From positions 248,001-312,000 of the IMG/VR virus record IMGVR_UViG_3300027834_000005: 64,000 nt of DNA, one strand, 5' to 3'. Within the stretch, counting starts at the first letter, position 1. Every line of letters begins with the position of its first letter. The translations under genes and the position numbers were made by a program. The notes under the pieces were generated by a model. That model did no database searches. It saw only the letters and a program-made list of their open reading frames with translations, and had not been told where the DNA came from. This document shows, piece by piece, positions 9,787 to 18,752 of the stretch.

Positions 9787-11496
9787 ATGGATATTAATAA
9801 ATTACTAGAGTTAGCTGGCGTTACTCCTAGTGAAAAAACTAAGCTTGATGAGAATTGTGCTGGTGGATTTGCTGGAGTTATGGGTGGACAGGCTCAAGAC
9901 ATAGAAGAGACTGATGCTGAATCCCACACACAAGAAATTGAATACGATGAGACTATGGCTGAAGCTGAATGTCAAACACCGTATGACGATGGTCATGGTC
10001 AATATGGCGATAAATGTTTAGTTGGTGATTCTGCAGAATCAGCAGTTCCTGTGCCAGATCAAGTGTCAGGCGGAGAAGAAATTATAGTTGTTGATCTTGG
10101 AGAGAATGATTTCGAAGACGGCGGCGTAGACGATACTGAGCTAGAACTAGATTTCACTCAGAGTGGCGAGGAGCCAGAGATTTCAATGGTACAAAGTATT
10201 CCTAATGTTGGTGAAGTTCCTACTGACCATACAGTTGATCCATCTATGATGGTCCAAAAAATAGACACTATGCAACAAGGCGGAATGTCTTCAGACGTAG
10301 ATAGTCATGATATTGAAGAATTAATGGGTATGGCTTTAGATAGTATCACTGCTGTATATAATAAAGTTATGGGTAATGAACAGCCAGCTCCTATTGAAGC
10401 TCCTGCTCCAGAACAAGAACCAGCTCCTGTTGCAGCTCCTGCTCCAGAAGAACCAGCTCCTGTTCCGGCACCAGCACAAGGCGTTGAAAATGAGTTAGAT
10501 GAAAATCCATTAGCCGCTGCCGCAGCAGGCGCAGTTGCAGGTAAAGTTGCAGATAAGTTTATGGGTGAAGATGAATTTAGCGATGAATTCGATGATGACT
10601 TTAGTGGTGATGAATTTGGTCAAGAAGACGAACCTGATTTAGGTTATGGCGATGACGAAGTAGAAATGGATGCCGACTTTGGTTCTATGGACCCAACTAA
10701 CGACATGGCACCAGCTAGAACTATGGACCATAACGTTCAAGATAGTTCATCTATGGTTGCTAAGATTATGGCTATGCAAGACAGCGGAATGTCTTCTGCT
10801 AAAGCACAATACAATGCTGACTCATTAGTTAATATGAGTCCTGATATGTTGCTTAGAGTGCATAATAAAGTAATGGGTCAAGGCCTTGAAGAAGAAGATG
10901 ATAACTGGGGCGGAGAGTCTGGATACCAAACTCAACCAGATGATACAGAAGGCCATCTAAGAGGCACTTCACCTTATAATGGCGGAGAAGGTTTCCCTAC
11001 AGGCCAAGCAAGTAACGCAGCATCTCACATCGGTAATACTGGTGGTGATTTCAAAGATAATCCTCTAGGTAATAGCGATCCTGTTACTCAAGTAGAAGAG
11101 TCAACTGATGACATCCACAATAGACTTTCAGAAGCATTTGATTCTTTCTGTGAAGATTATGAATCTATGATTGAAGCTGAGTTAAACGAAATTGGCGGAA
11201 TGCGCATTGCTGGTGGACCTTCATCTATGAGGTCACGTGGTTATGGCCTAGGAAGTAAAAAGTCTGGCGGTAAAGTTGAACGTAGACGTAGTGAAGAGCC
11301 AGTTAAGAAAGAAAGACGTAATAAGCCAGAAGTTGATGAAGCAGGCTGTGAAGCAAGCGTTCAGAAAATGAAAGGTGATATGTCTCCTACTAAAGCTAAT
11401 TTCAGAGCTGCTACTGGTCATGATGACTACGAAGGCATGGAAGAAGGCGGCAATTTCACTAAACGTAATGAAGCGCCTAGAAAACCTAGAGGCTAA
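9787..11496 (+). CDS. large acidic low-complexity putative head/core protein
   Basis: MDINKLLELAGV start; very D/E-rich; Pro-Ala-Glu repeats; duplicated ~45-aa module. Confidence 0.6.
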   Translation: MDINKLLELAGVTPSEKTKLDENCAGGFAGVMGGQAQDIEETDAESHTQEIEYDETMAEAECQTPYDDGHGQYGDKCLVGDSAESAVPVPDQVSGGEEIIVVDLGENDFEDGGVDDTELELDFTQSGEEPEISMVQSIPNVGEVPTDHTVDPSMMVQKIDTMQQGGMSSDVDSHDIEELMGMALDSITAVYNKVMGNEQPAPIEAPAPEQEPAPVAAPAPEEPAPVPAPAQGVENELDENPLAAAAAGAVAGKVADKFMGEDEFSDEFDDDFSGDEFGQEDEPDLGYGDDEVEMDADFGSMDPTNDMAPARTMDHNVQDSSSMVAKIMAMQDSGMSSAKAQYNADSLVNMSPDMLLRVHNKVMGQGLEEEDDNWGGESGYQTQPDDTEGHLRGTSPYNGGEGFPTGQASNAASHIGNTGGDFKDNPLGNSDPVTQVEESTDDIHNRLSEAFDSFCEDYESMIEAELNEIGGMRIAGGPSSMRSRGYGLGSKKSGGKVERRRSEEPVKKERRNKPEVDEAGCEASVQKMKGDMSPTKANFRAATGHDDYEGMEEGGNFTKRNEAPRKPRG

Positions 11497-11536
11497 TTAG
11501 AACACTGGGAAGATTCGCTACCGACCCGTTGTACGT

Positions 11537-11560
11537 GGGGGCTTAACGGCCCCCTTTTTT
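11537..11560 (+). terminator. intrinsic terminator
   Basis: GGGGGC-TTAACG-GCCCCC followed by TTTTTT. Confidence 0.85.
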
Positions 11561-11571
11561 ATGGAGACAGA

Positions 11572-11985
11572 ATGAAGATCACAGAGATACTAAAAGAATA
11601 CGAAAGTCGATATGGCGAAGATGAAGGCCGTACATTAAAAAATCCATTACCGCATATAACTGGTGATGATAGGCTGTTCGGTCATATATTTGATTTGTAC
11701 GATGATACTGTTGGAGAAATAGCAAGTACCCTAGACATAGCAGATAATCCAACTAAATGGAAAAAAGCTACCTCAATGGCAGCTACAACACATACCGTGC
11801 CTATTAAAGATATTGTTGGTACGGAGAAATACCTTGACCCTCGTGGAGCTAAGTCTAGAGATTTACCAGTTCTGGTTTTGTATGAAGGTAAATATTACGT
11901 TCTTGACGGTAACCATAGAGTTTATGCCGCCCACGCAAATGGTGAGAAGGCTATACAAGCATCAGTTATACAGGTAGAAGACTAA
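11572..11985 (+). CDS. ParB/sulfiredoxin-like domain protein with putative capsid-targeting N-terminus
   Basis: LPVLVLYEGKYYVLDGNHRVYAA ParB-N motif; MKITEILKE start; GGAG RBS. Confidence 0.75.
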   Translation: MKITEILKEYESRYGEDEGRTLKNPLPHITGDDRLFGHIFDLYDDTVGEIASTLDIADNPTKWKKATSMAATTHTVPIKDIVGTEKYLDPRGAKSRDLPVLVLYEGKYYVLDGNHRVYAAHANGEKAIQASVIQVED

Positions 11986-12224
11986 TGAGATTATATGAAT
12001 TTATAGAACCAGATATGCTAGGTAAACCTACATTGTCCGCAGAAGAAGTTGCCGGTAAACATGGCGTTCCTTTAGAGGTTATAACGCGTCAGCTGGCCAT
12101 TGGCACACAGGTAGAAAAAGAACATACTGGTGACGAATCCATAGCAATGGAAATAGCTCTTGATCATTTGGCAGAAATGCCAGACTATTATAGTAGATTA
12201 CAGGATATGGAAAATGAAGCTTAA
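11985..12224 (+). CDS. DUF5661-like small protein with putative capsid-targeting N-terminus
   Basis: G..VEKEHT.D...A.EIALDHL.E.PDYY..L pattern; MRLYEFIE start. Confidence 0.65.
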   Translation: MRLYEFIEPDMLGKPTLSAEEVAGKHGVPLEVITRQLAIGTQVEKEHTGDESIAMEIALDHLAEMPDYYSRLQDMENEA

Positions 12225-12254
12225 CGAAATACAGTTTACTCTTACGAGAGTATA

Positions 12255-12527
12255 TTAGTCATATTCTGTGACAAGCATAAGGGCTATTCTAATATCGTTA
12301 AAGGACAGCCCTTTAAACCATTCCCCTTTAGTTCTGTATTTTTGTAGACTCCTATGAAGTTCCTTTTCAACTGCGTATGGATTTATTTTCCCTTCAGTAT
12401 ATTCCAATAAAAGCTCTTCGCTATTGCCTGTTTGTAACTGCCTAAGCCTATGCTCAGGGTTCTTAGCAACTCCAATTTTATATGCGTCTCCGCATGAAAT
12501 TATGTATACGAAACCGTTGTTTTCCAT
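12255..12527 (-). CDS. T5orf172/MUG113 (GIY-YIG-like) domain protein
   Basis: FVYII...AYKIGVAKNPEHRLRQLQTGN...EKELH...GEWF; start moved to MENNG. Confidence 0.8.
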   Translation of the reverse strand: MENNGFVYIISCGDAYKIGVAKNPEHRLRQLQTGNSEELLLEYTEGKINPYAVEKELHRSLQKYRTKGEWFKGLSFNDIRIALMLVTEYD

Positions 12528-12547
12528 AGTTATATCCCTAAAACCCC

Positions 12548-12574
12548 TATTTATCAAGGCTTTTGTGATAAATA
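12548..12574. promoter_or_regulatory. divergent pair of late promoter motifs
   Basis: TATTTATC at 12548-12555 (minus strand) and GATAAATA at 12567-12574 (plus strand). Confidence 0.7.
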
Positions 12575-12595
12575 AAATAAACTGCGGAGATAATT

Positions 12596-14176
12596 ATGGC
12601 AGGCATAGATGATACTAAATTCATTAAGAAACCAAATCAGCTTAGTGAATATACACCAGAACAACTAGAACATTTTAAAAAATGTACCGATCCGGTAGAC
12701 GGGCCTTTATACTTCATGGAGAACTTCATGATGATACAGCATCCAATATTAGGCTCATTACTTTTTGATCCATATGAATATCAAAAAGACCTTATCGCGT
12801 CCTATGTAAAACATAGACAGCAGATATCTTTACTGGGAAGACAGTTAGGAAAAACTACGTGCGCGGCAGGGTATCTTTTATGGTATGCTATGTTCATGCC
12901 GGATTCATATATACTAGTTGCGTCTAAGACAGGTTCGGATGCAATAGACATCATGGATAGGGTTAGATATACCTACGAGAACTTACCGGATTACATTAGG
13001 GCCGGTGTGCGAGAGTACAATAAAAAATCAATGAAGTTTGATAACGGTTCAACAATCGTGTCAACCACAACAACAATAAATACGGGTCGTGGTAAATCCA
13101 TATCCCTTATCTATCTCGATGAATTTGCGTTCGTTGATCCACCAAGAGTGGCAAAAGAATTATGGACTTCACTGTCACCTACATTGTCTACGGGTGGTAA
13201 AGTAATCCTAACAAGTACGCCTAACTCAGATACAGATCAGTTCGCTGAAATTTGGCATCAAGCCCAAGAGAAACATGACGAATACGGTAACTTATATCCT
13301 AACGATACCGGCATGAACGGATTCGGGTCATACTTTGCTACATACGAAGATCATCCAGAACGTGATGAAGAGTGGGCAAGAATAGAAAGAAATAAAATTG
13401 GCGATGAACGATTCAGACGTGAGCATTTGGCCGAATTTATTGTATTCGAAGAAACGTTAGTAAACTCTGTTAAATTATCAGATGCGAAGACTAAAGAGCC
13501 TTTCCGTAAGTCAGGACAAGTACGTTGGTTCAAACAAATCAGAGAAGATCAAACATATGTCGTTTCATTAGATCCGTGTATGGGTACTGGTGGCGATAAC
13601 GCTGCGATAACCATATGGGAAATGCCATCGATGGAACAAGTGGGCGAGTGGTATCATAACAAGACGTCCATTGAAGGACAAATGAAAGTGTTAAGAAATA
13701 TTTTACTTGAGATATGGGAACACGGCAAACCTGAGATCTATTGGTCATTAGAATCCAACACATTAGGTGAAGCGGCACTCGTTATTATCAGGGACACTGG
13801 GGAGGAGAATTTTCCAGGTACTTTCTTATCTGAACGTAAGAGTGATGGTGGTAATCGTAAGCGTAAAGGTTTCACTACGACCAGTAAAAACAAACTGAAG
13901 TCGTGCTCTAGGTTCAAGCAATGGTTCGAGAGTGGCAAGTTAACAATACATTCGTCTCCAATGATAACCGAATTGAAGAACTACATCGCTAGGGGTAACT
14001 CCTATCAAGCCAAAGAGGGCTGTAAGGATGACTTGGTGTCTTCTGCGCTAGTATTCATTAGGATGGTTGAGAGCATCTCAAGGTGGGACGAAGACACTTA
14101 CGGCACCATTAATAGTAACATTGATGATGATTACGATGAAGACGATGGTAGAATCCCATTGCCACTTATCATGTAA
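12596..14176 (+). CDS. gp17: terminase large subunit (gp17-like)
   Basis: RQLGKTT Walker A, IYLDEFAF Walker B, TSTPN, RNase H-like nuclease domain (SLDP, ESN, DDLVSS). Confidence 0.95.
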   Translation: MAGIDDTKFIKKPNQLSEYTPEQLEHFKKCTDPVDGPLYFMENFMMIQHPILGSLLFDPYEYQKDLIASYVKHRQQISLLGRQLGKTTCAAGYLLWYAMFMPDSYILVASKTGSDAIDIMDRVRYTYENLPDYIRAGVREYNKKSMKFDNGSTIVSTTTTINTGRGKSISLIYLDEFAFVDPPRVAKELWTSLSPTLSTGGKVILTSTPNSDTDQFAEIWHQAQEKHDEYGNLYPNDTGMNGFGSYFATYEDHPERDEEWARIERNKIGDERFRREHLAEFIVFEETLVNSVKLSDAKTKEPFRKSGQVRWFKQIREDQTYVVSLDPCMGTGGDNAAITIWEMPSMEQVGEWYHNKTSIEGQMKVLRNILLEIWEHGKPEIYWSLESNTLGEAALVIIRDTGEENFPGTFLSERKSDGGNRKRKGFTTTSKNKLKSCSRFKQWFESGKLTIHSSPMITELKNYIARGNSYQAKEGCKDDLVSSALVFIRMVESISRWDEDTYGTINSNIDDDYDEDDGRIPLPLIM

Positions 14177-14181
14177 AAATT

Positions 14182-14189
14182 GATAAATA
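14182..14189 (+). promoter_or_regulatory. late promoter motif GATAAATA
   Basis: Exact intergenic motif. Confidence 0.75.
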
Positions 14190-14213
14190 GAAGCAGATAA
14201 AGGGAATTATACT

Positions 14214-15890
14214 GTGATCGATCCGAAACGTGTAAAAGAGCGTGTATTTAAAGCGCTAAAAAGCCAAGGTTACCAAATCAAGATGTACGATGATGGCGGT
14301 ATGGCTACTGTGGATGCTGAGTTAGCATCCAGATTCTACGTTGAAGACCCTAATCTTCTCATCCATGTTGATGAAGAAGACGAAGAGGTCAATTTCAATA
14401 AGAACGGTAACATACCTCTTAGTGATTTTGAGAAAGCAATGTGGGCTGTTAAAGCGGTTGCGAAAGAATACATGTATAAATTCACGATAAGAGAATACGG
14501 TAAGCATATAACACCTAAAGATTTTTCATACCAGACAAAGAAAGGGGATCAAATGGAAAGCGTCCAAGAATCTGCCATGTACGGCACCAAAAAAACCAGC
14601 AGACAGATGATCGAAAATGTTTGTTTGGTAGTCAAGCATAAGAAAGAAGTAGATGAAAGCGTTAGAGGCGCAAGATCTAGAAATATCCAAAGTATCTTTT
14701 TGGAAAGCAACGGGGAAAGATATAAGTTTCCTCACACCAACTTGAACGGTGCTAGAGCAATGGCGCGTCACTTCGCTAACGGCGGATCTAGCCATGACGT
14801 TATTGGCGAGAGTATTGTAAACCTCACTGGAAAAATGTTAGAACTTAGAGAGTTCTACGTTTACTCTAAAAGAAATAAATTAGTAACCGAAGACACCACT
14901 GAAGTGATTGCTGCTCTTAGAGAGAGTATCAATGCTATTGCTGGTGACCTTAAATCAATTTACGGCAAGAAGAGTTACACTAGTGCTACTCAAAGAATTG
15001 CTGAACAAGAAAATTTTATAGCTGAAGACGACGACGGCATTGATTATAGAGATATGTTCACTGTTAAGAAATTCGATGAGAAATTCGAAGCAGTATTGCC
15101 TGTAGTCAGCAGCATTGTACAGGAAAGAAACATGAAATTAAGACGTATTGAAGAATCTTCTCTGGAAAGAGTAAAAGCAACATCTTTTAAGTTTACTGAG
15201 AGTGCTGCTGTTACCTTTGAAAGTAGTACTGTTAAAATGGGACACAGATTGAAAGCTGTGGCACTATCTATCAATGAGAATCCAGAATTAGCCACGTACA
15301 TCGGTTCTATCGGTGGCAAGATGATTTCTGAAGGTGACATTAGTGATTTCGAGAAGTCTGTAGTTAAGAACGTTCTAGAGAACATTACTATGGTATCTGA
15401 AGATGAGCCACAAGATCTTATTTCTGAGTCCGTACGTAAGTTAAGCGAGAAGTTAACAGATATCGAAGATAACGTATACGATAACTTCATTAATGAAGGT
15501 ATGGGTGATGCTATGTCTAGAACTAAACAAGGGGCTAAGTCATTCCAGCGTGAAGCTAATGATGAATTGATGGACCTTGGAACTAGACTTAAAGCTATTC
15601 AGCAGAAAATGAAACAAGGCGAAGGCGTTGAAGAAGGCGTGGAGCGCATGAGTAGCGACGAAGTACATAATTCTACTCTTATGCAATTCAGGCAAGCAGT
15701 GGATCGCTTCGAAGCTGCTAGAAGAGCCATGAAAATTGCTCATAAGCTTAAAGATAAACAGTCTAATGCTAGGCATCAGAAGCAGATCATGATAAACATG
15801 AATAAGCTAAGAGCTGACGTACAGCAACTTGAAAAGAGTTGGGGTATAGGAAGAAATGAAATACCTAACCATCTATTACCTCAAGAGTAA
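14214..15890 (+). CDS. large hypothetical virion/prohead protein
   Basis: 558-aa ORF after terL with late promoter; many xxES sites suggestive of Glu-specific head maturation. Confidence 0.55.
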   Translation: MIDPKRVKERVFKALKSQGYQIKMYDDGGMATVDAELASRFYVEDPNLLIHVDEEDEEVNFNKNGNIPLSDFEKAMWAVKAVAKEYMYKFTIREYGKHITPKDFSYQTKKGDQMESVQESAMYGTKKTSRQMIENVCLVVKHKKEVDESVRGARSRNIQSIFLESNGERYKFPHTNLNGARAMARHFANGGSSHDVIGESIVNLTGKMLELREFYVYSKRNKLVTEDTTEVIAALRESINAIAGDLKSIYGKKSYTSATQRIAEQENFIAEDDDGIDYRDMFTVKKFDEKFEAVLPVVSSIVQERNMKLRRIEESSLERVKATSFKFTESAAVTFESSTVKMGHRLKAVALSINENPELATYIGSIGGKMISEGDISDFEKSVVKNVLENITMVSEDEPQDLISESVRKLSEKLTDIEDNVYDNFINEGMGDAMSRTKQGAKSFQREANDELMDLGTRLKAIQQKMKQGEGVEEGVERMSSDEVHNSTLMQFRQAVDRFEAARRAMKIAHKLKDKQSNARHQKQIMINMNKLRADVQQLEKSWGIGRNEIPNHLLPQE

Positions 15891-15917
15891 TTAGGGGTTG
15901 TGTTGAGTCGTTGGGTG

Positions 15918-15926
15918 TGTTATAAT
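15918..15926 (+). promoter_or_regulatory. extended -10 promoter (TGtTATAAT)
   Basis: Exact extended -10 consensus upstream of gene 32. Confidence 0.5.
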
Positions 15927-16016
15927 AGCGCTCAGCGGCGTTATGACACATTATAGTAAGTATATAATAAATATTATAAAGTTGCAACAATAACCATTGT
16001 GTAACGCACGCTTTTG

Positions 16017-16025
16017 TGGTATAAT
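16017..16025 (+). promoter_or_regulatory. extended -10 promoter (TGgTATAAT) for gene 32
   Basis: Exact extended -10 consensus about 130 nt before ATG 16158. Confidence 0.6.
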
Positions 16026-16035
16026 AGCCGCATAA

Positions 16036-16125
16036 ACTGATGAGGGATAGCTCGAATCATCAGTATACGAAAAGAGCTTATGGGAACGTCCAAGAAGGAC
16101 CGACCTATCTGGAATATATCTAGAA
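16036..16125 (+). promoter_or_regulatory. structured 5' leader of gene 32 (hairpin, possible pseudoknot)
   Basis: ACTGATGA/TCATCAGT 8-bp stem; loop AGCTC complementary to downstream GAGCT; two further small hairpins. Confidence 0.4.
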
Positions 16126-16157
16126 AAAGAACTGGAATAATTAAAGGAATAATTATA

Positions 16158-17138
16158 ATGGCTACATTAGCTGAACTACGTGCAAAATTACAAAAAGCAG
16201 ACGAAAAATCCCAAGGTAAAGGTAAATCACGAGGCGATGGTCTCACTTTTCCATTCTGGGACGCCAAAACTGGCGACACCTCAACACTACGCTTCCTACC
16301 AGACGGTAACCAAGATAATACATACTTTTGGAAAGAGCGTCAAGTAATAAAATTGGAATTTCCAGGTATTAAAGGGCATGATGAGAATAAAGTCATCACT
16401 ATCCAAGTACCATGCATGGAAATGTGGGGTGAAACCTGCCCAATCTTACAAGAAATTCGTCCTTGGTTCAAGGGTGACAAAGAGCAAGAAGCCTTAGCAC
16501 GTAAGTACTGGAAAAAACGTACCTATATGTTCCAAGGATTTGTTCGTGACTCCGCTATTTCGGAAGACGAAGCGCCAGAGAACCCTATCCGTAAATTCAT
16601 CATTGGTCCACAGATTTTCGGTCCAATTAAGAATGCACTGTTAGACCCAGACATGGAGAATATCCCAACTGATTACCTATTAGGCACAGACTTCCGTCTT
16701 ACTAAAGGTAACAACGGGCAATACGCCGATTACGGTAACTCTGTATGGGCAAGAAAAGAGACTGCTTTGACTGAAATTGAAGCAGAAGCTGTAGAAAAGT
16801 ATGGTCTTGTTGATTTGGAAACATATCTTCCAGCTAAACCATCTCCAGAAGCACTAGCTGCTATCTTCGACATGTTCGAAGCGTCTGTTGAAGGTGAGTT
16901 GTACGATCCAGAGCAATTTGCTGAGTTCTACAAGCCTTACGGTTTCGAATACACCACTAGCGCTCGTAAAGCGACTGGCTCTGCTCCAGCAGCACAGGAT
17001 TCAACTCCAGCTGCACAGGATTCAACTCCAGCTGCACAGGAATCAACTCCAGCAGCACAGGATACAACTCCAGTGTCTACACCGTCTAGCGGTCAATCGG
17101 CTCAAGATATCTTAGCCAAGATTCGCGGCAACTCTTAA
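16158..17138 (+). CDS. gp32: single-stranded DNA-binding protein (gp32-like)
   Basis: MATLAELRAKL; LRFLP, VPC...GETCP, YWKKRTY, DFRLTK...YADY..S; start moved from 16080 (AAAGGA RBS). Confidence 0.9.
   Translation: MATLAELRAKLQKADEKSQGKGKSRGDGLTFPFWDAKTGDTSTLRFLPDGNQDNTYFWKERQVIKLEFPGIKGHDENKVITIQVPCMEMWGETCPILQEIRPWFKGDKEQEALARKYWKKRTYMFQGFVRDSAISEDEAPENPIRKFIIGPQIFGPIKNALLDPDMENIPTDYLLGTDFRLTKGNNGQYADYGNSVWARKETALTEIEAEAVEKYGLVDLETYLPAKPSPEALAAIFDMFEASVEGELYDPEQFAEFYKPYGFEYTTSARKATGSAPAAQDSTPAAQDSTPAAQESTPAAQDTTPVSTPSSGQSAQDILAKIRGNS
16984..17073 (+). repeat. in-frame 21-bp tandem repeat, 4 copies (TPAAQDS-like)
   Basis: CTCCAGCWGCACAGGAWWCAA repeated in the gp32 C-terminal linker. Confidence 0.9.
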
Positions 17139-17163
17139 TCTAACGCCAAACGGCGACTAAAAT

Positions 17164-17188
17164 ATGCGGGGCAAGGATAGCCCCGCAT
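17164..17188 (+). terminator. GC-rich hairpin between gene 32 and uvsX (terminator or processing stem)
   Basis: ATGCGGGGC-aaggata-GCCCCGCAT; weak U tract. Confidence 0.5.
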
Positions 17189-17208
17189 CCTCTTATAAGG
17201 ATGTTGTA

Positions 17209-18270
17209 ATGACAGCCCCTATTGATTTTACAAAATATAGAAAAAGCTTAACTAAGGCCATTCCAGGTATTAGTTCTGGCTTTAACGATCCAGATACTTG
17301 GATAAGTACTGGAAGCCATGCATTAAACTATCTTATTTCTGGCGATTTCCACCGAGGCATTCCTCTAAGTAAAGTATGTTGCTTTGCTGGTGAGAGTGGC
17401 AGTGGGAAATCTTTGATAGTATCCGGTAATATTGTGAAGCATGCACAAGAACAAGGCATTTTTTGTGTTGTTCTGGATACAGAAAACGCACTCGATGAAG
17501 ATTGGTTGCAAGCGCTAGGTGTAGATACCAGCGAAGACAAACTTATGAAACTTGGCGTATGCATGATCGATGATGTTGCAAGCATCATATCAGACTTTAT
17601 GAAGGCATACAATGCTGATTATGGTTCTATGGATCGTGAAGATAGACCTAAAGTGTTATTCGTTTGTGATAGCTTAGGTATGCTACTAACTCCTACTGAA
17701 ATTAATCAGTTCGAGAAAGGCGACATGAAAGGCGACATGGGACGTAAGGCTAAGCAGTTAAACGCGTTAGTTAAAAACGTTATCAACCTTATTGCCGAGC
17801 ACAACGTTGGATTCGTAGCAACAAACCACACATACGCATCACAGGACATGTTTGATCCAGATGACAAAATCTCAGGTGGTAATGGACCTATCTTCGCATC
17901 TTCCATTGTAGTTGCTTCTAAGAAACGTAAGTTGAAAGAAGATTCCGATGGTAAGAAAACTACTTCTGTGCAAGGTATAAAAGCTGACTGTAAAGTAGTT
18001 AAGAGTCGTTTCTCTAAACCTTTTGAAAGCGTAAAAATTAACATCCCTTGGGATGGAGGATTGGACCCATACTCAGGTCTGTTCGATATGTTTGAAACAT
18101 CTGGTCTGTTACAAAAGCAAGGCAACCGCTATCGCTATGTTAGTAGACAAACAGGTGAAGAATTCATTGAGTTCAGAAAGAACTGGGGTCCAGAATTGCT
18201 AGACGTGGTCATGGGTGAATTCACAGCTGACGACTTAGAAGTTGTTGATGTTGGTGAATTAGATGACTAA
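17209..18270 (+). CDS. uvsX: RecA-like recombinase UvsX
   Basis: AGESGSGKS Walker A, DTENALD, DSLGML, TNHTY, ISGG; start moved to MTAPIDF. Confidence 0.93.
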   Translation: MTAPIDFTKYRKSLTKAIPGISSGFNDPDTWISTGSHALNYLISGDFHRGIPLSKVCCFAGESGSGKSLIVSGNIVKHAQEQGIFCVVLDTENALDEDWLQALGVDTSEDKLMKLGVCMIDDVASIISDFMKAYNADYGSMDREDRPKVLFVCDSLGMLLTPTEINQFEKGDMKGDMGRKAKQLNALVKNVINLIAEHNVGFVATNHTYASQDMFDPDDKISGGNGPIFASSIVVASKKRKLKEDSDGKKTTSVQGIKADCKVVKSRFSKPFESVKINIPWDGGLDPYSGLFDMFETSGLLQKQGNRYRYVSRQTGEEFIEFRKNWGPELLDVVMGEFTADDLEVVDVGELDD

Positions 18271-18487
18271 TGATTCTGCATTTATATCTGAAATTTGGGC
18301 GATTGTTAAAGAAAACGTAGATGATTCCCAGTATATAGATATCTGTGACAGATTAGTTGAATTATTCGATGTGTATAACACGTCGGATGGTTTCTCTACC
18401 GATGTTGATTTCGATCAGCCTCTTGCTGTTGCCATATCTACTTACTTTGAGTTGTCAGATGAAGGAGAAGATAATGAAAATTTTTGA
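18263..18487 (+). CDS. hypothetical protein
   Basis: Coupled small ORF after uvsX. Confidence 0.65.
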   Translation: MTNDSAFISEIWAIVKENVDDSQYIDICDRLVELFDVYNTSDGFSTDVDFDQPLAVAISTYFELSDEGEDNENF

Positions 18488-18752
18488 AGACCTTGACGTG
18501 GCGATAACTGAAAAAGATATCGAAGAAGTCCGACGATTACTTGTTGAAATAAAACAAGAGATAGACACTGGCAATGTTGAAGTCGTAGAGCACGTAGCAA
18601 CACCAGCGAATCTTACTGTATTACAAGCGAGATTGTGCGATGAACTTGGCGTTAATAGAAGACTGTTGCAATTGCGTAACAGAGTTCCTAACGCAGTACA
18701 TAGGTCGTCGTTGTTTGTGCAAGCCATGATGAATGCCGTGGGGTATTTATAA
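18474..18752 (+). CDS. hypothetical protein
   Basis: GGAG RBS before MKIFEDL (start moved from 18357). Confidence 0.55.
   Translation: MKIFEDLDVAITEKDIEEVRRLLVEIKQEIDTGNVEVVEHVATPANLTVLQARLCDELGVNRRLLQLRNRVPNAVHRSSLFVQAMMNAVGYL

Noticed and set aside
11497-11536. Structured ncRNA before the terminator of the 569-aa gene
   Set aside because: Only a weak GGG/CCC stem could be formed, which is insufficient evidence.
16037-16085. Hammerhead ribozyme (CTGATGA core followed by GAA/CGAAA)
   Set aside because: CTGATGA pairs fully with TCATCAG as an ordinary stem. I could not build stem III or an NUH cleavage triplet with the required geometry.
16984-17073. CRISPR-like repeat array
   Set aside because: The repeats are directly adjacent without spacers, in frame inside gp32, and encode a peptide linker.
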